NCBI GenBank assembly: GCA_046582565.1
Contig: JAYGED010000178.1
Location: forward strand, 1-51,203
DNA: 51,203 nt
Origin: Alphaproteobacteria bacterium
GTDB lineage: Bacteria > Pseudomonadota > Alphaproteobacteria > JAAXGF01
Direction: 5' to 3'
Both the position numbers and the translations under genes were made by a program. Below are positions 1 to 9,121 of this stretch, in pieces (position 1 is the stretch's first letter; each line of letters begins with the position of its first letter). The notes beneath the pieces were generated by a model. It saw only the letters and a list, made by a program, of their open reading frames with translations. It did no database searches and was not told the DNA's origin.

Positions 1-183
1 GCCTATAGTCGCCCACACCTGTTTACCGCGAGGATCTCGGGTCACCGCGCAATATGACTTTGCTCCGGTCGGCGTGATGCGGACGTAGTGGCCTCGTAGT
101 TCAGGATCGGGAAGTGTGACGCGCTTGATCCCCGGTTTTAATTTCTTAATCTGTAGATCTGTGAGGGTTTGGCGTCGGGCCAT
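1..183 (-). CDS. Tyrosine recombinase/integrase, N-terminal arm-DNA-binding domain (continues beyond the window's left edge)
   Basis: Manual translation from ATG at 183: MARRQTLTDLQIKKLKPGIKRVTLPDPELRGHYVRITPTGAKSYCAVTRDPRGKQVWATIG, open to position 1. Matches the LTD..I..LKP...D....G..VR.TP.G.KS....R...GKQ...TIG pattern of P4-type integrase arm-binding domains (DUF4102). Lies next to a tRNA fragment. Confidence 0.85.
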   Translation of the reverse strand, partial: MARRQTLTDLQIKKLKPGIKRVTLPDPELRGHYVRITPTGAKSYCAVTRDPRGKQVWATIG

Positions 184-192
184 TTTATTACC

Positions 193-309
193 AGGCTATC
201 ATCAGGCTAACATCATTGCCGCATAACATCGTGAAACACTGAGTTTCATAACCCAACAAATAAGCTTCTAAACAAGGTAATTCAAGAGTACAGTTGGTCT
301 ATGTTAGCC
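193..309. repeat. Putative integrase arm-type binding sites
   Basis: AGGCTATCATC (193-203), AGGCTAACATC (204-214), GCATAACATC (221-230), and inverted ATGTTAGCC (301-309, reverse complement GGCTAACAT). Confidence 0.55.
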
Positions 310-326
310 AGAGTAGTGTGATGCTT

Positions 327-376
327 TCAGACTACGAATCTGGGGGTCGGGAGTTCGAATCTCTCCGGGCGCGCCA
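327..376 (+). pseudogene. 3' fragment of tRNA-Arg(ACG), att-site duplicate
   Basis: TCAGA-CTACGAA-TCTGG anticodon arm (ACG), GGGAG-TTCGAAT-CTCTC T-arm, CGGGCGCGCCA 3' end. No 5' acceptor strand or D-arm upstream. Confidence 0.88.
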
Positions 377-384
377 CTCTCCTT

Positions 385-411
385 CGTTTGCGGCGTTTGC
401 GGCGTTTGCGG
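385..411 (+). repeat. 3x 9-bp tandem repeat CGTTTGCGG
   Basis: Direct reading: 385-393, 394-402, 403-411. Confidence 0.9.
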
Positions 412-547
412 CCCTCTTCATTCATGACAGGCGCGTTCTCATGTCATCAAATCCTGAATATGAGACGTTCGGCGATCACCAAGGAGAAGGGCCTGGGCGC
501 CGTCTTGCGGTGGCGCGAAAGCCAGTTCGCGGATTAACCCAGCCGCA

Positions 548-1504
548 ATGACCAAAAAAACCACCTTCGGCACATCCGCATACGGCGGCGCGGGCTGGTC
601 CCCACGGACGCGGCCTCTCGGTGAGGAGATCGGCGATCTGTGGACCGCTTGCGGCGTCGATAGCGAATGGGCGCCCCTGCGCGGCATTCTGCTGCACCGC
701 CCGGGAGATGAACTCGCCGCCTCGGCCAAGGACGCCGATGCGGTCCAGATGCTCGATGCGGTCGATGTGGCGGCCGCCCAGGCCGAGCATGACGCGATGG
801 CCGACGCCTTCCACGCCCATGGCGTTGTGGTGCACTACGTCGAGCCCGAGGGTGGCGTCACGCCCAATCAGATGTTCTGTGCCGATCAGATGTTCATGAC
901 GCCCGAGGGCTTGATCCTGGCGCGGCCGGCCTCGACCGTTCGCGCCGGTGAAGAACGCCACGTCGCGCGCCGCGTCGCCGCCCTCGGCATGCCCATCCTC
1001 AAAGGCCTGAGCGGTATCGCCGTCTTCGAGGGCGCCGACGCCATGTGGCTGGATAGCGAGACCGTCATCATCGGCCACGGCATGCGCACCAACCTCGAGG
1101 CCATCGATCAGGTGGCAACCGCCCTCGATGAGATCGGCGTTGATACCCTGGCCGTCGATATGCCCTACGGCACCATGCATCTCATGGGCATGCTGCGCTT
1201 TGCCGACCGGGACCTTGCCATTGCCTGGCCCCGGCGCACGCCCCATGCGGCGGTGTTGGCGCTGCGTGAGCACGGCTATGCGGTCGCCTTCCTGCCCGCG
1301 ACCGATGACGACACAATGAACCGGGCGATGAATTTCGTCACCCTGGGCCCGCGCAAGATCCTGATGAATGCGGGCTACGGCGAAATCCAGAGTTTCTTCG
1401 AGGGCCTCGGCATCGAATGCGTCACCGTGCAAGCGCGCGAATTGATCAAGGCCGCCGGCGGCTTCGGCTGCCTCGCCGGGGTGCTGCACCGGGATCCGGG
1501 CTAG
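548..1504 (+). CDS. Amidinotransferase/dimethylarginine dimethylaminohydrolase (pentein) family protein
   Basis: SEWAPLR, 'AQAEHDAM', FEGAD, G.RTN, MHL and C-terminal GGFGC nucleophile motif. Confidence 0.85.
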   Translation: MTKKTTFGTSAYGGAGWSPRTRPLGEEIGDLWTACGVDSEWAPLRGILLHRPGDELAASAKDADAVQMLDAVDVAAAQAEHDAMADAFHAHGVVVHYVEPEGGVTPNQMFCADQMFMTPEGLILARPASTVRAGEERHVARRVAALGMPILKGLSGIAVFEGADAMWLDSETVIIGHGMRTNLEAIDQVATALDEIGVDTLAVDMPYGTMHLMGMLRFADRDLAIAWPRRTPHAAVLALREHGYAVAFLPATDDDTMNRAMNFVTLGPRKILMNAGYGEIQSFFEGLGIECVTVQARELIKAAGGFGCLAGVLHRDPG

Positions 1505-1554
1505 CCAAAGCGCATTTAGAGCAGGACGGCGGCCTATGAGGCAGCCTGCCGGAC

Positions 1555-2898
1555 TTAATCAGGCCCGAACGCCGCCTCCATGTCGCGGCGGAAGGCGGCG
1601 GTGGGGTCGGTCTCATCGATGGATACATGAGCCCAGGTCAGGACTTCCCCTTCGGCGACGGCCGCCTTGAGGGCGACGCCGTGGGCGAGGCCCAGGGGCA
1701 GGGCGCCGGCGGCCAGGGATTGGGCGGCGCTGGTAAGCTTTCCCCAGACCGTATAGCCGCCTTCGCCGTCGAGCACTTCGCCCGCCGACAGGTCGCGCTT
1801 GGCGACGGCGATCACATCGGCGTTGAAGTCGCGCGATACTCCGGTCGGTTCGCCGCGCAGCGCCGCTGAAGCAACGCTCATGCCGAGTTCCAGGCCGATC
1901 AGGTGATAGGGCTTCCACATGGCCGCATAGCGCCCCGAACTGTCGGTCGAAAGTCCATATTCGGCGAAGCAGCGGCGGACATACTCATCGGGTGCGGCGA
2001 AGGTGACATAAACCCCCCAGCGCAGGTCGCGCGCTACCGCTGCGCCGTCGCGCTGTTCGCAGGAGACCACTTCGACGGTTCCCGACGTCTCGAGCAGGCC
2101 GCCGTCGCTTCGCGGTTTGAGCCGGTCCGCCAGCTGATCGACGCCGACGGGCGGAAAGCCGAGGCCGTCTTTGGGCGGCGCCAGCCCGCAGGCGTTCGCC
2201 ACCGCCGCCATCTCGATGGCCGACTTGCTGCCGTCGAGGAAAGAATTGAACATCTGCGGGTTGAGGCCCCCGGCGGCGGCGTCCTCGGGTGACATCCCGT
2301 AATGACCCCATATGGTGTCCGGCGTCGAGGCGTGATAATGGGTCCGGTATTTGGTGCCCTTGCCGGCGCAAACCACTTTAAAGCCGGTGGCCCGCGCCCA
2401 ATCGACCAGCTCCGAGATCAATGCCGGCTGATCGCCGTAGGCCAGGGAATAGACCACTCCGGCGGCCGCTGCGCGCCGCGCGATCAGCGGGCCTGCGAGG
2501 GCGTCGGCCTCGACGGTTACCATCACCACATGGCGGCCCTTGGCGATGGCGGCAAGGGCGTGCCTGGTCCCGGCGGCGGGGCTTCCCGTCGCCTCGATCA
2601 CCACATCGAGGCCGTCGGCGGCGATCAGCTCCGAGGCGTCATCGGTTATGTGACATCCAGAGCTACTATAGGCGGCGTCGAAACCGGTTGCCTCATGGGC
2701 CTCATCGGGCCAGCCGACACGCGCGCATGTTTGATGCGCCCGGTCCACATCGAGATCGGCGATCGCCATGACATGGAGGCCGGGGGTGCGCCGCGCCTGC
2801 GCCAAAAACATGGCGCCGAATTTACCGGCGCCGATCAAGCCGACGCGGATCGGATTGCCCGCCGTCTGCCTGGCTAAAAGCTGGGAATGAAGGTTCAT
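1555..2898 (-). CDS. NAD(P)-dependent oxidoreductase (homoserine dehydrogenase-like) with C-terminal SAF domain
   Basis: GLIGAGKFG Rossmann motif, EATG, GDQP, NSFLDGSK, AKRDL..GE.LDGEGGY SAF motif. Confidence 0.85.
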   Translation of the reverse strand: MNLHSQLLARQTAGNPIRVGLIGAGKFGAMFLAQARRTPGLHVMAIADLDVDRAHQTCARVGWPDEAHEATGFDAAYSSSGCHITDDASELIAADGLDVVIEATGSPAAGTRHALAAIAKGRHVVMVTVEADALAGPLIARRAAAAGVVYSLAYGDQPALISELVDWARATGFKVVCAGKGTKYRTHYHASTPDTIWGHYGMSPEDAAAGGLNPQMFNSFLDGSKSAIEMAAVANACGLAPPKDGLGFPPVGVDQLADRLKPRSDGGLLETSGTVEVVSCEQRDGAAVARDLRWGVYVTFAAPDEYVRRCFAEYGLSTDSSGRYAAMWKPYHLIGLELGMSVASAALRGEPTGVSRDFNADVIAVAKRDLSAGEVLDGEGGYTVWGKLTSAAQSLAAGALPLGLAHGVALKAAVAEGEVLTWAHVSIDETDPTAAFRRDMEAAFGPD

Positions 2899-3527
2899 GA
2901 TTCCCCATTATCAACATCTTCCATCAGCCGCACAAGCTCCATAGCCAGGGGGTCGCCACTGACGCGTAAGCCGGCGGCGGCGCCGCGCCTATCGGCATCG
3001 GGCTTGTTCTGGCCGAGCTTGTATTTGCCTTCCAGGCGACTGATGGGAATTTCGAAGGCGACAATGCCGCGCATCTGGGTATCGCGGAATTCGGTTGCCA
3101 GACTGTCGAGGCTCCAAGGCGTGGGTCTGGCGCTTTCATTCTGTGCGACCAGCCGTTCCAGCACGGCCAGCACCGCGCCGTGATCCTCGATAATTCGCGG
3201 CGCGCCATAGGCATGGACGGCGGCGTAATTCCAGGTCGGTACGGCCTGTTGCGAGGCATACCAGGACGGTGAGATATAGCCGTGCGGCCCCTGGAAGATA
3301 GCCAGGGCCTCCGCGTCTTCGGTGAACCCCCGCCACTGCGGGTTGTTGCGCGCCATATGGCCGATCAGGGAACCGAATTCCCCGGCCTCCCGATCGACCA
3401 GCAGCGGCAGGTGACTGGCAACCGGGGCACCGTCGACAACCGTGACCAGGCTGGCAAAGCCATAGTCCGCCATCAACCCCTGGAGTGTGGGTGCGTGATC
3501 TTCGGCAAAGTGCCGTGGAATATACAT
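2895..3527 (-). CDS. paiB: PaiB-family FMN-binding negative transcriptional regulator
   Basis: MYIPRHF, GHMARNNPQW, GPHGYISPSWY, VPTWNY, GKYKLGQN motifs. Confidence 0.88.
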   Translation of the reverse strand: MYIPRHFAEDHAPTLQGLMADYGFASLVTVVDGAPVASHLPLLVDREAGEFGSLIGHMARNNPQWRGFTEDAEALAIFQGPHGYISPSWYASQQAVPTWNYAAVHAYGAPRIIEDHGAVLAVLERLVAQNESARPTPWSLDSLATEFRDTQMRGIVAFEIPISRLEGKYKLGQNKPDADRRGAAAGLRVSGDPLAMELVRLMEDVDNGES

Positions 3528-3546
3528 CGCCGCATACAGAGCAGGA

Positions 3547-4329
3547 TTAGAGGCGGCGTTCGACCAGCATTTGCTTGATCCCGGCGATGGCCTTGGCGGG
3601 ATTGAGGCCCTTGGGGCAGGTCCGGGTGCAATTCATGATCGTGTGGCAGCGATAGAGCCGGAACGGATCCTCGAGATCATCGAGGCGCTCGCCGGTGTTC
3701 TCGTCGCGGCTATCAACCAGCCAGCGATAGGCCTGCAGGAGAATGGCCGGGCCGAGATAGCGCTCGCTGTTCCACCAATAGCTCGGGCAGCTTGTCGAGC
3801 AGCAGGCGCAGAGGATGCATTCATAGAGCCCGTCGATCTTTTCGCGCTCACGCATCGACTGCGGCCGCTCGCGGTCCGACGGCGGCGGCGTTTCGCTCTG
3901 AATCCACGGCTTGATCGAGGCATATTGGGCGTAGAAATTGGTCATATCGGCGACCAGGTCCTTGACCACCATCATATGGGGCAGGGGGTAGACCTTGACG
4001 TCGCCCTTGCAGTCTTCGATGGATTTGATGCAGGCGAGGGTGTTGGTACCATCGATATTCATGGCGCAGCTGCCGCAAATCCCCTCGCGGCAGGAGCGCC
4101 TGAAGGTCAGCGTGGCGTCGTTGTCGCTTTTGATCTTGATCAGCGCGTCGAGCACCATGGGGCCGCAATCGTCGATATCCACATCATAGCTATCGACGCG
4201 GGGGTTCTCGCCGGATTCGGGTTCCCAGCGATAGACCTTGAAGGTCTTGACGTTGGTGGCGCCCGCCGGGGCCGGATGGTGTTTGCCGGGACCGATCTTC
4301 GAATTGGCGGGTAGCATGAATTCGACCAT
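3547..4329 (-). CDS. sdhB: Succinate dehydrogenase iron-sulfur subunit
   Basis: [34 protein letters not shown]. Start trimmed to MVEF (AGGAG upstream). Confidence 0.98.
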   Translation of the reverse strand: MVEFMLPANSKIGPGKHHPAPAGATNVKTFKVYRWEPESGENPRVDSYDVDIDDCGPMVLDALIKIKSDNDATLTFRRSCREGICGSCAMNIDGTNTLACIKSIEDCKGDVKVYPLPHMMVVKDLVADMTNFYAQYASIKPWIQSETPPPSDRERPQSMREREKIDGLYECILCACCSTSCPSYWWNSERYLGPAILLQAYRWLVDSRDENTGERLDDLEDPFRLYRCHTIMNCTRTCPKGLNPAKAIAGIKQMLVERRL

Positions 4330-4345
4330 GTCTCCTCCTCGGAGC

Positions 4346-6136
4346 CTAGTAGACGCGGGCTTTGGGCGGCACCACCTCGACCTCATCGGTCAGGGTGTAC
4401 ATATGAACCGGGCGATAATCGATGGTCACCTCGCCGGCATCGCTGAGCCAGGTGACGGTGTGCTTCATCCAGTTTTCGTCATCGCGGTCGGGGAAATCCT
4501 CGCGGGCGTGACCGCCACGGCTTTCCTCGCGGTTATGGGCCGACTTGACCGTGACCAGGGATTGCTGCAACAGATTCTTCAGCTCCCAGGTCTCGACCAG
4601 ATCGGAATTCCACACCAGAGAGCGATCGGAGACGCCGACATCGGCAAAGGACTTCCACACCTCGTCGATCTTGGCGACCCCCTCGGCGAGGATATCGCCG
4701 GTGCGGAACACCGCGCAGTTGGTCTGCATGGCCGCTTGAAGATTGTTGCGGATCTCAGCCGTCGGTGAGCTGCCGTCCGCGTGGCGCAGCGTATCGAAAT
4801 CATCGAGAGTTTTCGCAAGCGCGTGATTGCCGATGGTCTTATGCAGGTCGTCGGGTTTGATCACTTCGGCGGCGCGGATCGCTGCGGCCCGGCCGAACAC
4901 GACGATATCGAGCAGGGAATTCGAGCCCAGGCGGTTGGCGCCGTGGACCGAGACGCAGGCGCCCTCGCCGATCGCCATCAGGCCGGGGACGATGCTGTCG
5001 GGATCGCCGTCTTTCACGGTCACCACCTCGCCCCAAAGATTGGTCGGGATGCCGCCCATGTTGTAATGCACCGTCGGGATCACCGGGATCGGCTCCTTGG
5101 TGACATCGACGCCGGCAAAAATCTGCGCCGATTCCGAGATGCCCGGCAGGCGCTCCTCCAAAAGATCAGCGCCGAGATGTTCGAGATGGAGATAGATATG
5201 GTCCTGGTCCGGGCCGACGCCACGGCCTTCTCTGATCTCGATAGTCATGGCGCGGCTGACCACGTCGCGCGACGCCAGATCCTTGGCCGACGGCGCGTAG
5301 CGTTCCATGAACCGCTCGCCCTCCGAATTACTCAAATAGCCGCCCTCGCCGCGCGAGCCCTCGGTGATCAGGCAGCCCGAGCCGTAGATGCCGGTGGGAT
5401 GGAACTGGATGAACTCCATATCCTGATTGGGCAGGCCGGCGCGCAGGGCCATGGCGTTGCCGTCGCCGGTGCAGGTATGGGCCGAGGTGCAGGAGAAGAA
5501 GGCGCGCCCGTAGCCGCCGGTGGCCAGCACTACCGTATGGGCGCGGAAGCTGTGCAGGGTGCCGTCGTCCAGGTTCCAGGCGGTGACGCCCCTGCAGACG
5601 CCCTCGTCGTCCATGATCAGATCGAGGGCGAAATACTCGACAAAGAACTCGGCGTTATGCTTCAGCGATTGCTGATACAGGGTATGCAGGATGGCGTGGC
5701 CGGTGCGGTCGGCGGCGGCGCAGGTGCGCATGGCCTGGCCCTTGCCGAAATGGGTGCTCATGCCGCCGAAGGCGCGCTGATAGATCGAGCCGTCCTCGTT
5801 GCGCGAGAAGGGCACGCCATAATGCTCAAGCTCGATCACCGCAGGCGACGCCTCGCGGCACATATATTCGATGGCATCCTGATCGCCGAGCCAGTCCGAG
5901 CCCTTGATGGTGTCGTACATGTGCCAGCGCCAGTCGTCCTCGCCGTTGTTGCCGAGCGAGGCGCTCATACCGCCTTGGGCGGCGACCGTGTGGCTACGGG
6001 TCGGGAAGACCTTGGTGAGGCAGGCGGTCTTGAGGCCCTTCTCGGCCATGCCAAAGGTAGCGCGCAGGCCCGCGCCGCCGGCGCCGACAACCACCACATC
6101 GTAGAAATGTTCGACAATTGGATAGGCTTCCGACAT
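4346..6136 (-). CDS. sdhA: Succinate dehydrogenase flavoprotein subunit
   Basis: [33 protein letters not shown]. Start trimmed to MSEAY. Confidence 0.98.
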   Translation of the reverse strand: MSEAYPIVEHFYDVVVVGAGGAGLRATFGMAEKGLKTACLTKVFPTRSHTVAAQGGMSASLGNNGEDDWRWHMYDTIKGSDWLGDQDAIEYMCREASPAVIELEHYGVPFSRNEDGSIYQRAFGGMSTHFGKGQAMRTCAAADRTGHAILHTLYQQSLKHNAEFFVEYFALDLIMDDEGVCRGVTAWNLDDGTLHSFRAHTVVLATGGYGRAFFSCTSAHTCTGDGNAMALRAGLPNQDMEFIQFHPTGIYGSGCLITEGSRGEGGYLSNSEGERFMERYAPSAKDLASRDVVSRAMTIEIREGRGVGPDQDHIYLHLEHLGADLLEERLPGISESAQIFAGVDVTKEPIPVIPTVHYNMGGIPTNLWGEVVTVKDGDPDSIVPGLMAIGEGACVSVHGANRLGSNSLLDIVVFGRAAAIRAAEVIKPDDLHKTIGNHALAKTLDDFDTLRHADGSSPTAEIRNNLQAAMQTNCAVFRTGDILAEGVAKIDEVWKSFADVGVSDRSLVWNSDLVETWELKNLLQQSLVTVKSAHNREESRGGHAREDFPDRDDENWMKHTVTWLSDAGEVTIDYRPVHMYTLTDEVEVVPPKARVY

Positions 6137-6140
6137 TGCC

Positions 6141-6521
6141 TTAACTCCCGAGCGCGAGTTTGAGCAGCGCGAAGACGCTGGCGGTGGCGAGGGCAACGGT
6201 CCCCAACGTCACGCAGAGCAGCAGCGCGATCTTGGCGCCTTCGTGGGAGATATAATCTTCGATCACCACCTGCATGCCGAGCTTCATGTGATAGAAGCCG
6301 GTGAGCAGGAACAGCAGCATCACCGTGGCGACCAGGGGGTTGCCCATCAGCGCCACGGCGCGGGCATGATCAGCGCCGAAGAAGACAAACATGATGATGA
6401 CGAACAGGAAGGTGAGCGGCACCAGGGCGATGGCGGTGAGCCTTTGGTGCCAGAAATGGCCGGTGCCTTCCTTGGCTGTACCCAGGCCGCGGACGCGCCC
6501 GAGAGGGGATTCTAAGCTCAT
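6141..6521 (-). CDS. sdhD: Succinate dehydrogenase hydrophobic anchor subunit
   Basis: [30 protein letters not shown]. Start trimmed to MSLES. Confidence 0.95.
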   Translation of the reverse strand: MSLESPLGRVRGLGTAKEGTGHFWHQRLTAIALVPLTFLFVIIMFVFFGADHARAVALMGNPLVATVMLLFLLTGFYHMKLGMQVVIEDYISHEGAKIALLLCVTLGTVALATASVFALLKLALGS

Positions 6522-6532
6522 GATAATCTCCC

Positions 6533-6916
6533 CTACAGGCTCAAGCCGATGAACCAGGCGATGAAGGTCAGCACCACCGACGCACAAAGCATCACCCAGC
6601 CCGAGCGGTAGACGTCTTCGATCTCGAGCATCCAGCCGGCATCCCAAAACAGGTGCCGCACCCCGTTGCATAGGTGATAGAACAGGCATACCGAAAAGCC
6701 GAACAACACCAATTGGCCGAACCAGGAGCCGTAGAATTCCCGCGTCGCCTCATAGGGCCCGGGGCCCGAGGCGGCGGCGACCAGCCACCAGGTGATGAAC
6801 AGGGTTCCCACCGCCAGACCGACGCCGGTGCCCCGGTGAATGATCGACAGAACGGATGTGAGCTGAGGTTTGTAGACCTGCAAGTGAGGCGACATGGGTC
6901 GCTTATGTTGGGTCAT
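6533..6916 (-). CDS. sdhC: Succinate dehydrogenase cytochrome b556 subunit
   Basis: RPMSPHLQVY, SIIHRGTG, HLCNGVRHLFWD. Confidence 0.96.
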   Translation of the reverse strand: MTQHKRPMSPHLQVYKPQLTSVLSIIHRGTGVGLAVGTLFITWWLVAAASGPGPYEATREFYGSWFGQLVLFGFSVCLFYHLCNGVRHLFWDAGWMLEIEDVYRSGWVMLCASVVLTFIAWFIGLSL

Positions 6917-7002
6917 TGATGTTCTCCCAACCAAAATTATTGCGCCCCGGGCGGCGCCTTTGAAACGATATTAACCCCTTGTGACAGCAAGTCAATCACG
7001 GC

Positions 7003-7475
7003 TTACACGCGGTGACGCCGGTGCCAGTCGCTCAAGGATTCCTCGGGGTATTCATCAAACTGTTCGTGGTCAGGGCCGGCTTCGGCTGCGACCCAGCCGG
7101 CCTTCGATGCGAGCATGATATGGACGGTTTCGGGCGGGGCGGGTAGCTCCGAATCGATAGCCGATGCGAAGGGATGGACCAGCTCGGGCCAACGCGGGTC
7201 ATAGACCCAGAGCGCCGAGCCGCAAGCCTTGCAAAATGCCGCTGCGCCTGCCGCATGCCGTCTTCGTTGGTTTCCGAGGCGACCCGATAGACCGAGAGAT
7301 TTTCCTCGCCCTCGATTCTGAGGCTGCCAGAATCGGCGCCGAGATTGATGGCGTAGCCGCCGCCGCCCGCGGTCTTGCGGCAGACCGAACAATAGCAGCG
7401 CATGTAGGGATAGGGCGCAGAGGAGTCGACGGAGAAACGCACCGCGCCGCAGTGACATGATCCTTCGAGTTTCAT
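7003..7475 (-). pseudogene. GFA-family (glutathione-dependent formaldehyde-activating, CENP-V-like) protein, frameshifted
   Basis: GSCHCGAV...CYCSVC in one frame and FCKACGSALW...WHRR in another. One missing base at CATTTT/GC (~7233-7236) would rejoin them as RHFCKAC. Confidence 0.8.
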
Positions 7476-7525
7476 TCAAGGTCCCTCATGGCAGATGACT
7501 CGCCAGGGCGCCACTCAAACGGCGG
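7441..7525. repeat. Duplicated HMT-end/GFA-start junction, copy A (copy B at 8111-8195)
   Basis: Ungapped manual alignment gives 70/85 identical. Confidence 0.92.
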
Positions 7526-7528
7526 CAA

Positions 7529-8026
7529 TCAAGGATTACGCCCAGCAATCTGCTTCTCGTAGAGCACATCGTAGGGGCGGTAGTCGCACTTCTCGTAGAC
7601 CGCGCGGGCGTTCGCGTTGCCCGCCATGACCCAGAGCATGACCCGGCTGAAGCCGCGACCGGCGAGATAGTCCTCTGCCGCATCCAGCAGGGCAGCACCC
7701 ACGCCCCGGCCGCGATGGTCGGCGGCGACGAAAACATTGGAGACATATCCATAAGGCCGGAATTTCTCTTGCAGATTTTTATCCTCGTCATCACCGTCAT
7801 GGCAGGAGACGAAACCGATGGCCTTGCCGGATAACACGGCCATCAACAAGGCTCCGTTATGGGCCGCCATCTTGCGCTCAATTTCGGCGAGAGCGCTCTC
7901 GGCCGCCTCGGCGCCGAGCCTAAGCTTAGGGTCCAACGCGCGCTCATAGTCCTGTATCGCGACGAGGAAACCCAGCAGCGTCGCGCGGTCGTCGGCACGG
8001 GCCGGCCTGATTTCGATGTCTCTCAT
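7529..8026 (-). CDS. GNAT-family N-acetyltransferase
   Basis: IRPA start, VFV...RGRGVG acetyl-CoA motif, N..AR..YEK. Confidence 0.88.
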   Translation of the reverse strand: MRDIEIRPARADDRATLLGFLVAIQDYERALDPKLRLGAEAAESALAEIERKMAAHNGALLMAVLSGKAIGFVSCHDGDDEDKNLQEKFRPYGYVSNVFVAADHRGRGVGAALLDAAEDYLAGRGFSRVMLWVMAGNANARAVYEKCDYRPYDVLYEKQIAGRNP

Positions 8027-8145
8027 CGCCGCCTCGGCATCAGCGCCGGGTGGTTGCCGCCGTCGGCGTTTTTATAAGGATAATCGGCGCTGGGGTGGTC
8101 CTTGGTGGCCACTGCGCCGTAGTGGCAGGAGCCTTCAAGCTTCAT
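8023..8145 (-). other. 40-aa chimeric mini-ORF (GFA N-terminus fused to hydratase C-terminus)
   Basis: MKLEGSCHYGAV matches the GFA start and ATKDHPSADYPYKNADGGNHPALMPRRR matches the mch end. 8041-8110 vs 9181-9250 are 62/70 identical. Its stop overlaps the GNAT ATG (ATGA). Confidence 0.8.
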
Positions 8146-8155
8146 TCTAGCGCCC

Positions 8156-9121
8156 TCATGGCAGATGACTCGGCAGGGCGTCACGCAAGGGGCGGATATA
8201 GTCGATCTCGACGCCGCAGCAGCCGCCGATGATCTGCACGCCGCCGGCGACGCAGCCCTGGGCCCAGGCGACGAATTCGTCGGGTGTGATCGGCGTTGCC
8301 ACCGCGTCGTCGCGGTGGGCGGAGACGTAATCGTTGCGCTCGGCCTCGGGATAGACACAGACCGGGCCGTCCCAGGCTCCCTTCACGATATCGAGTGCCG
8401 CGTCGGTGGCGTCGAGCGGTGAATGAAACACGCTGACCACCGACCCACCGAGGGCGGTGATCTCGCCGAAGCCGTCGGCGAAGCTCTGCTCGGAGGAATA
8501 ACCGAGGCGGGCGACGCCGTCATCAAGGCGGCATTTGAAGCCGTCCCACACCGGCAGGCCGGACGATAGACAGGCCTCGACGACCCATTGCCGGTGATTA
8601 TTGCCGCCGGTGGATTCGGAAATCAGGAAATCGACCCCCGCTTCGGCCAGAATATCGGCCTGTTCGCGCAAGTTGGCCTTGGCCTGGGCCTCGGAGGTTT
8701 CCGAGCGGCGGCGCGCCATGGACCATCGGTCCATGCCCGGTTCCTGGCCGACTTTGATGCCAAAATTGGAGACCGAGCCGGCGATCAGCACCGGCCGGTC
8801 GCGGGCCGCCTTGTCGCGCGCGTCCTGGGCCAGCATGACGGCGCGCAGGTTGAGCTCGGCGGTGCGTTCGCCAAGGCCGAGGGGCTCGAGATTATGACGC
8901 GCCGAGGCGTAGGAGTTGGTGGTGATGATATCGACCCCGGCGGCAATATAGTTCTCATGCATATGGCGCACGGTGAAGGGATGGGTGTCCAGCGCCAGGG
9001 CCGCCCAGGCGAATTCGGCCATCGGCGCCCCCATGGACTGAAGTTGGGTGCCGATGGCGCCGTCGAGGATGATGACCTCGCGCGCCGCCAGACGCTCCTC
9101 AAGGTGGCTGTAGTCGCTCAT
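8156..9121 (-). CDS. Homocysteine S-methyltransferase family protein
   Basis: ILDGAIGT, H..YI.AG.DIITTNSY, AGVD, IIGGCCG. Confidence 0.88.
   Translation of the reverse strand: MSDYSHLEERLAAREVIILDGAIGTQLQSMGAPMAEFAWAALALDTHPFTVRHMHENYIAAGVDIITTNSYASARHNLEPLGLGERTAELNLRAVMLAQDARDKAARDRPVLIAGSVSNFGIKVGQEPGMDRWSMARRRSETSEAQAKANLREQADILAEAGVDFLISESTGGNNHRQWVVEACLSSGLPVWDGFKCRLDDGVARLGYSSEQSFADGFGEITALGGSVVSVFHSPLDATDAALDIVKGAWDGPVCVYPEAERNDYVSAHRDDAVATPITPDEFVAWAQGCVAGGVQIIGGCCGVEIDYIRPLRDALPSHLP

Larger units (their letters stand above)
1..376. mobile_element. Right end (att junction) of a tRNA-Arg-targeted integrative element/genomic island
   Basis: Integrase start, AT-rich spacer with short repeats, and a 5'-truncated tRNA-Arg; GC rises to host level afterwards. 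Confidence 0.8.

Noticed and set aside
88-112. GGCCTCGTAGTTCAG resembling a tRNA 5' end (split or intron-containing tRNA idea)
   Set aside because: It is the antisense of the integrase coding sequence and does not pair properly with the 3' acceptor strand CGGGCGC.
294-551. 85-aa ORF across the tRNA fragment
   Set aside because: Overlaps the att/tRNA remnant and the tandem repeat; no protein motifs.
4781-6163. Long antisense ORFs (also 476-1489, 9190-10344, 17267-19627, 35275-36555 and others)
   Set aside because: Shadow frames typical of high-GC codon bias, opposite well-supported genes.
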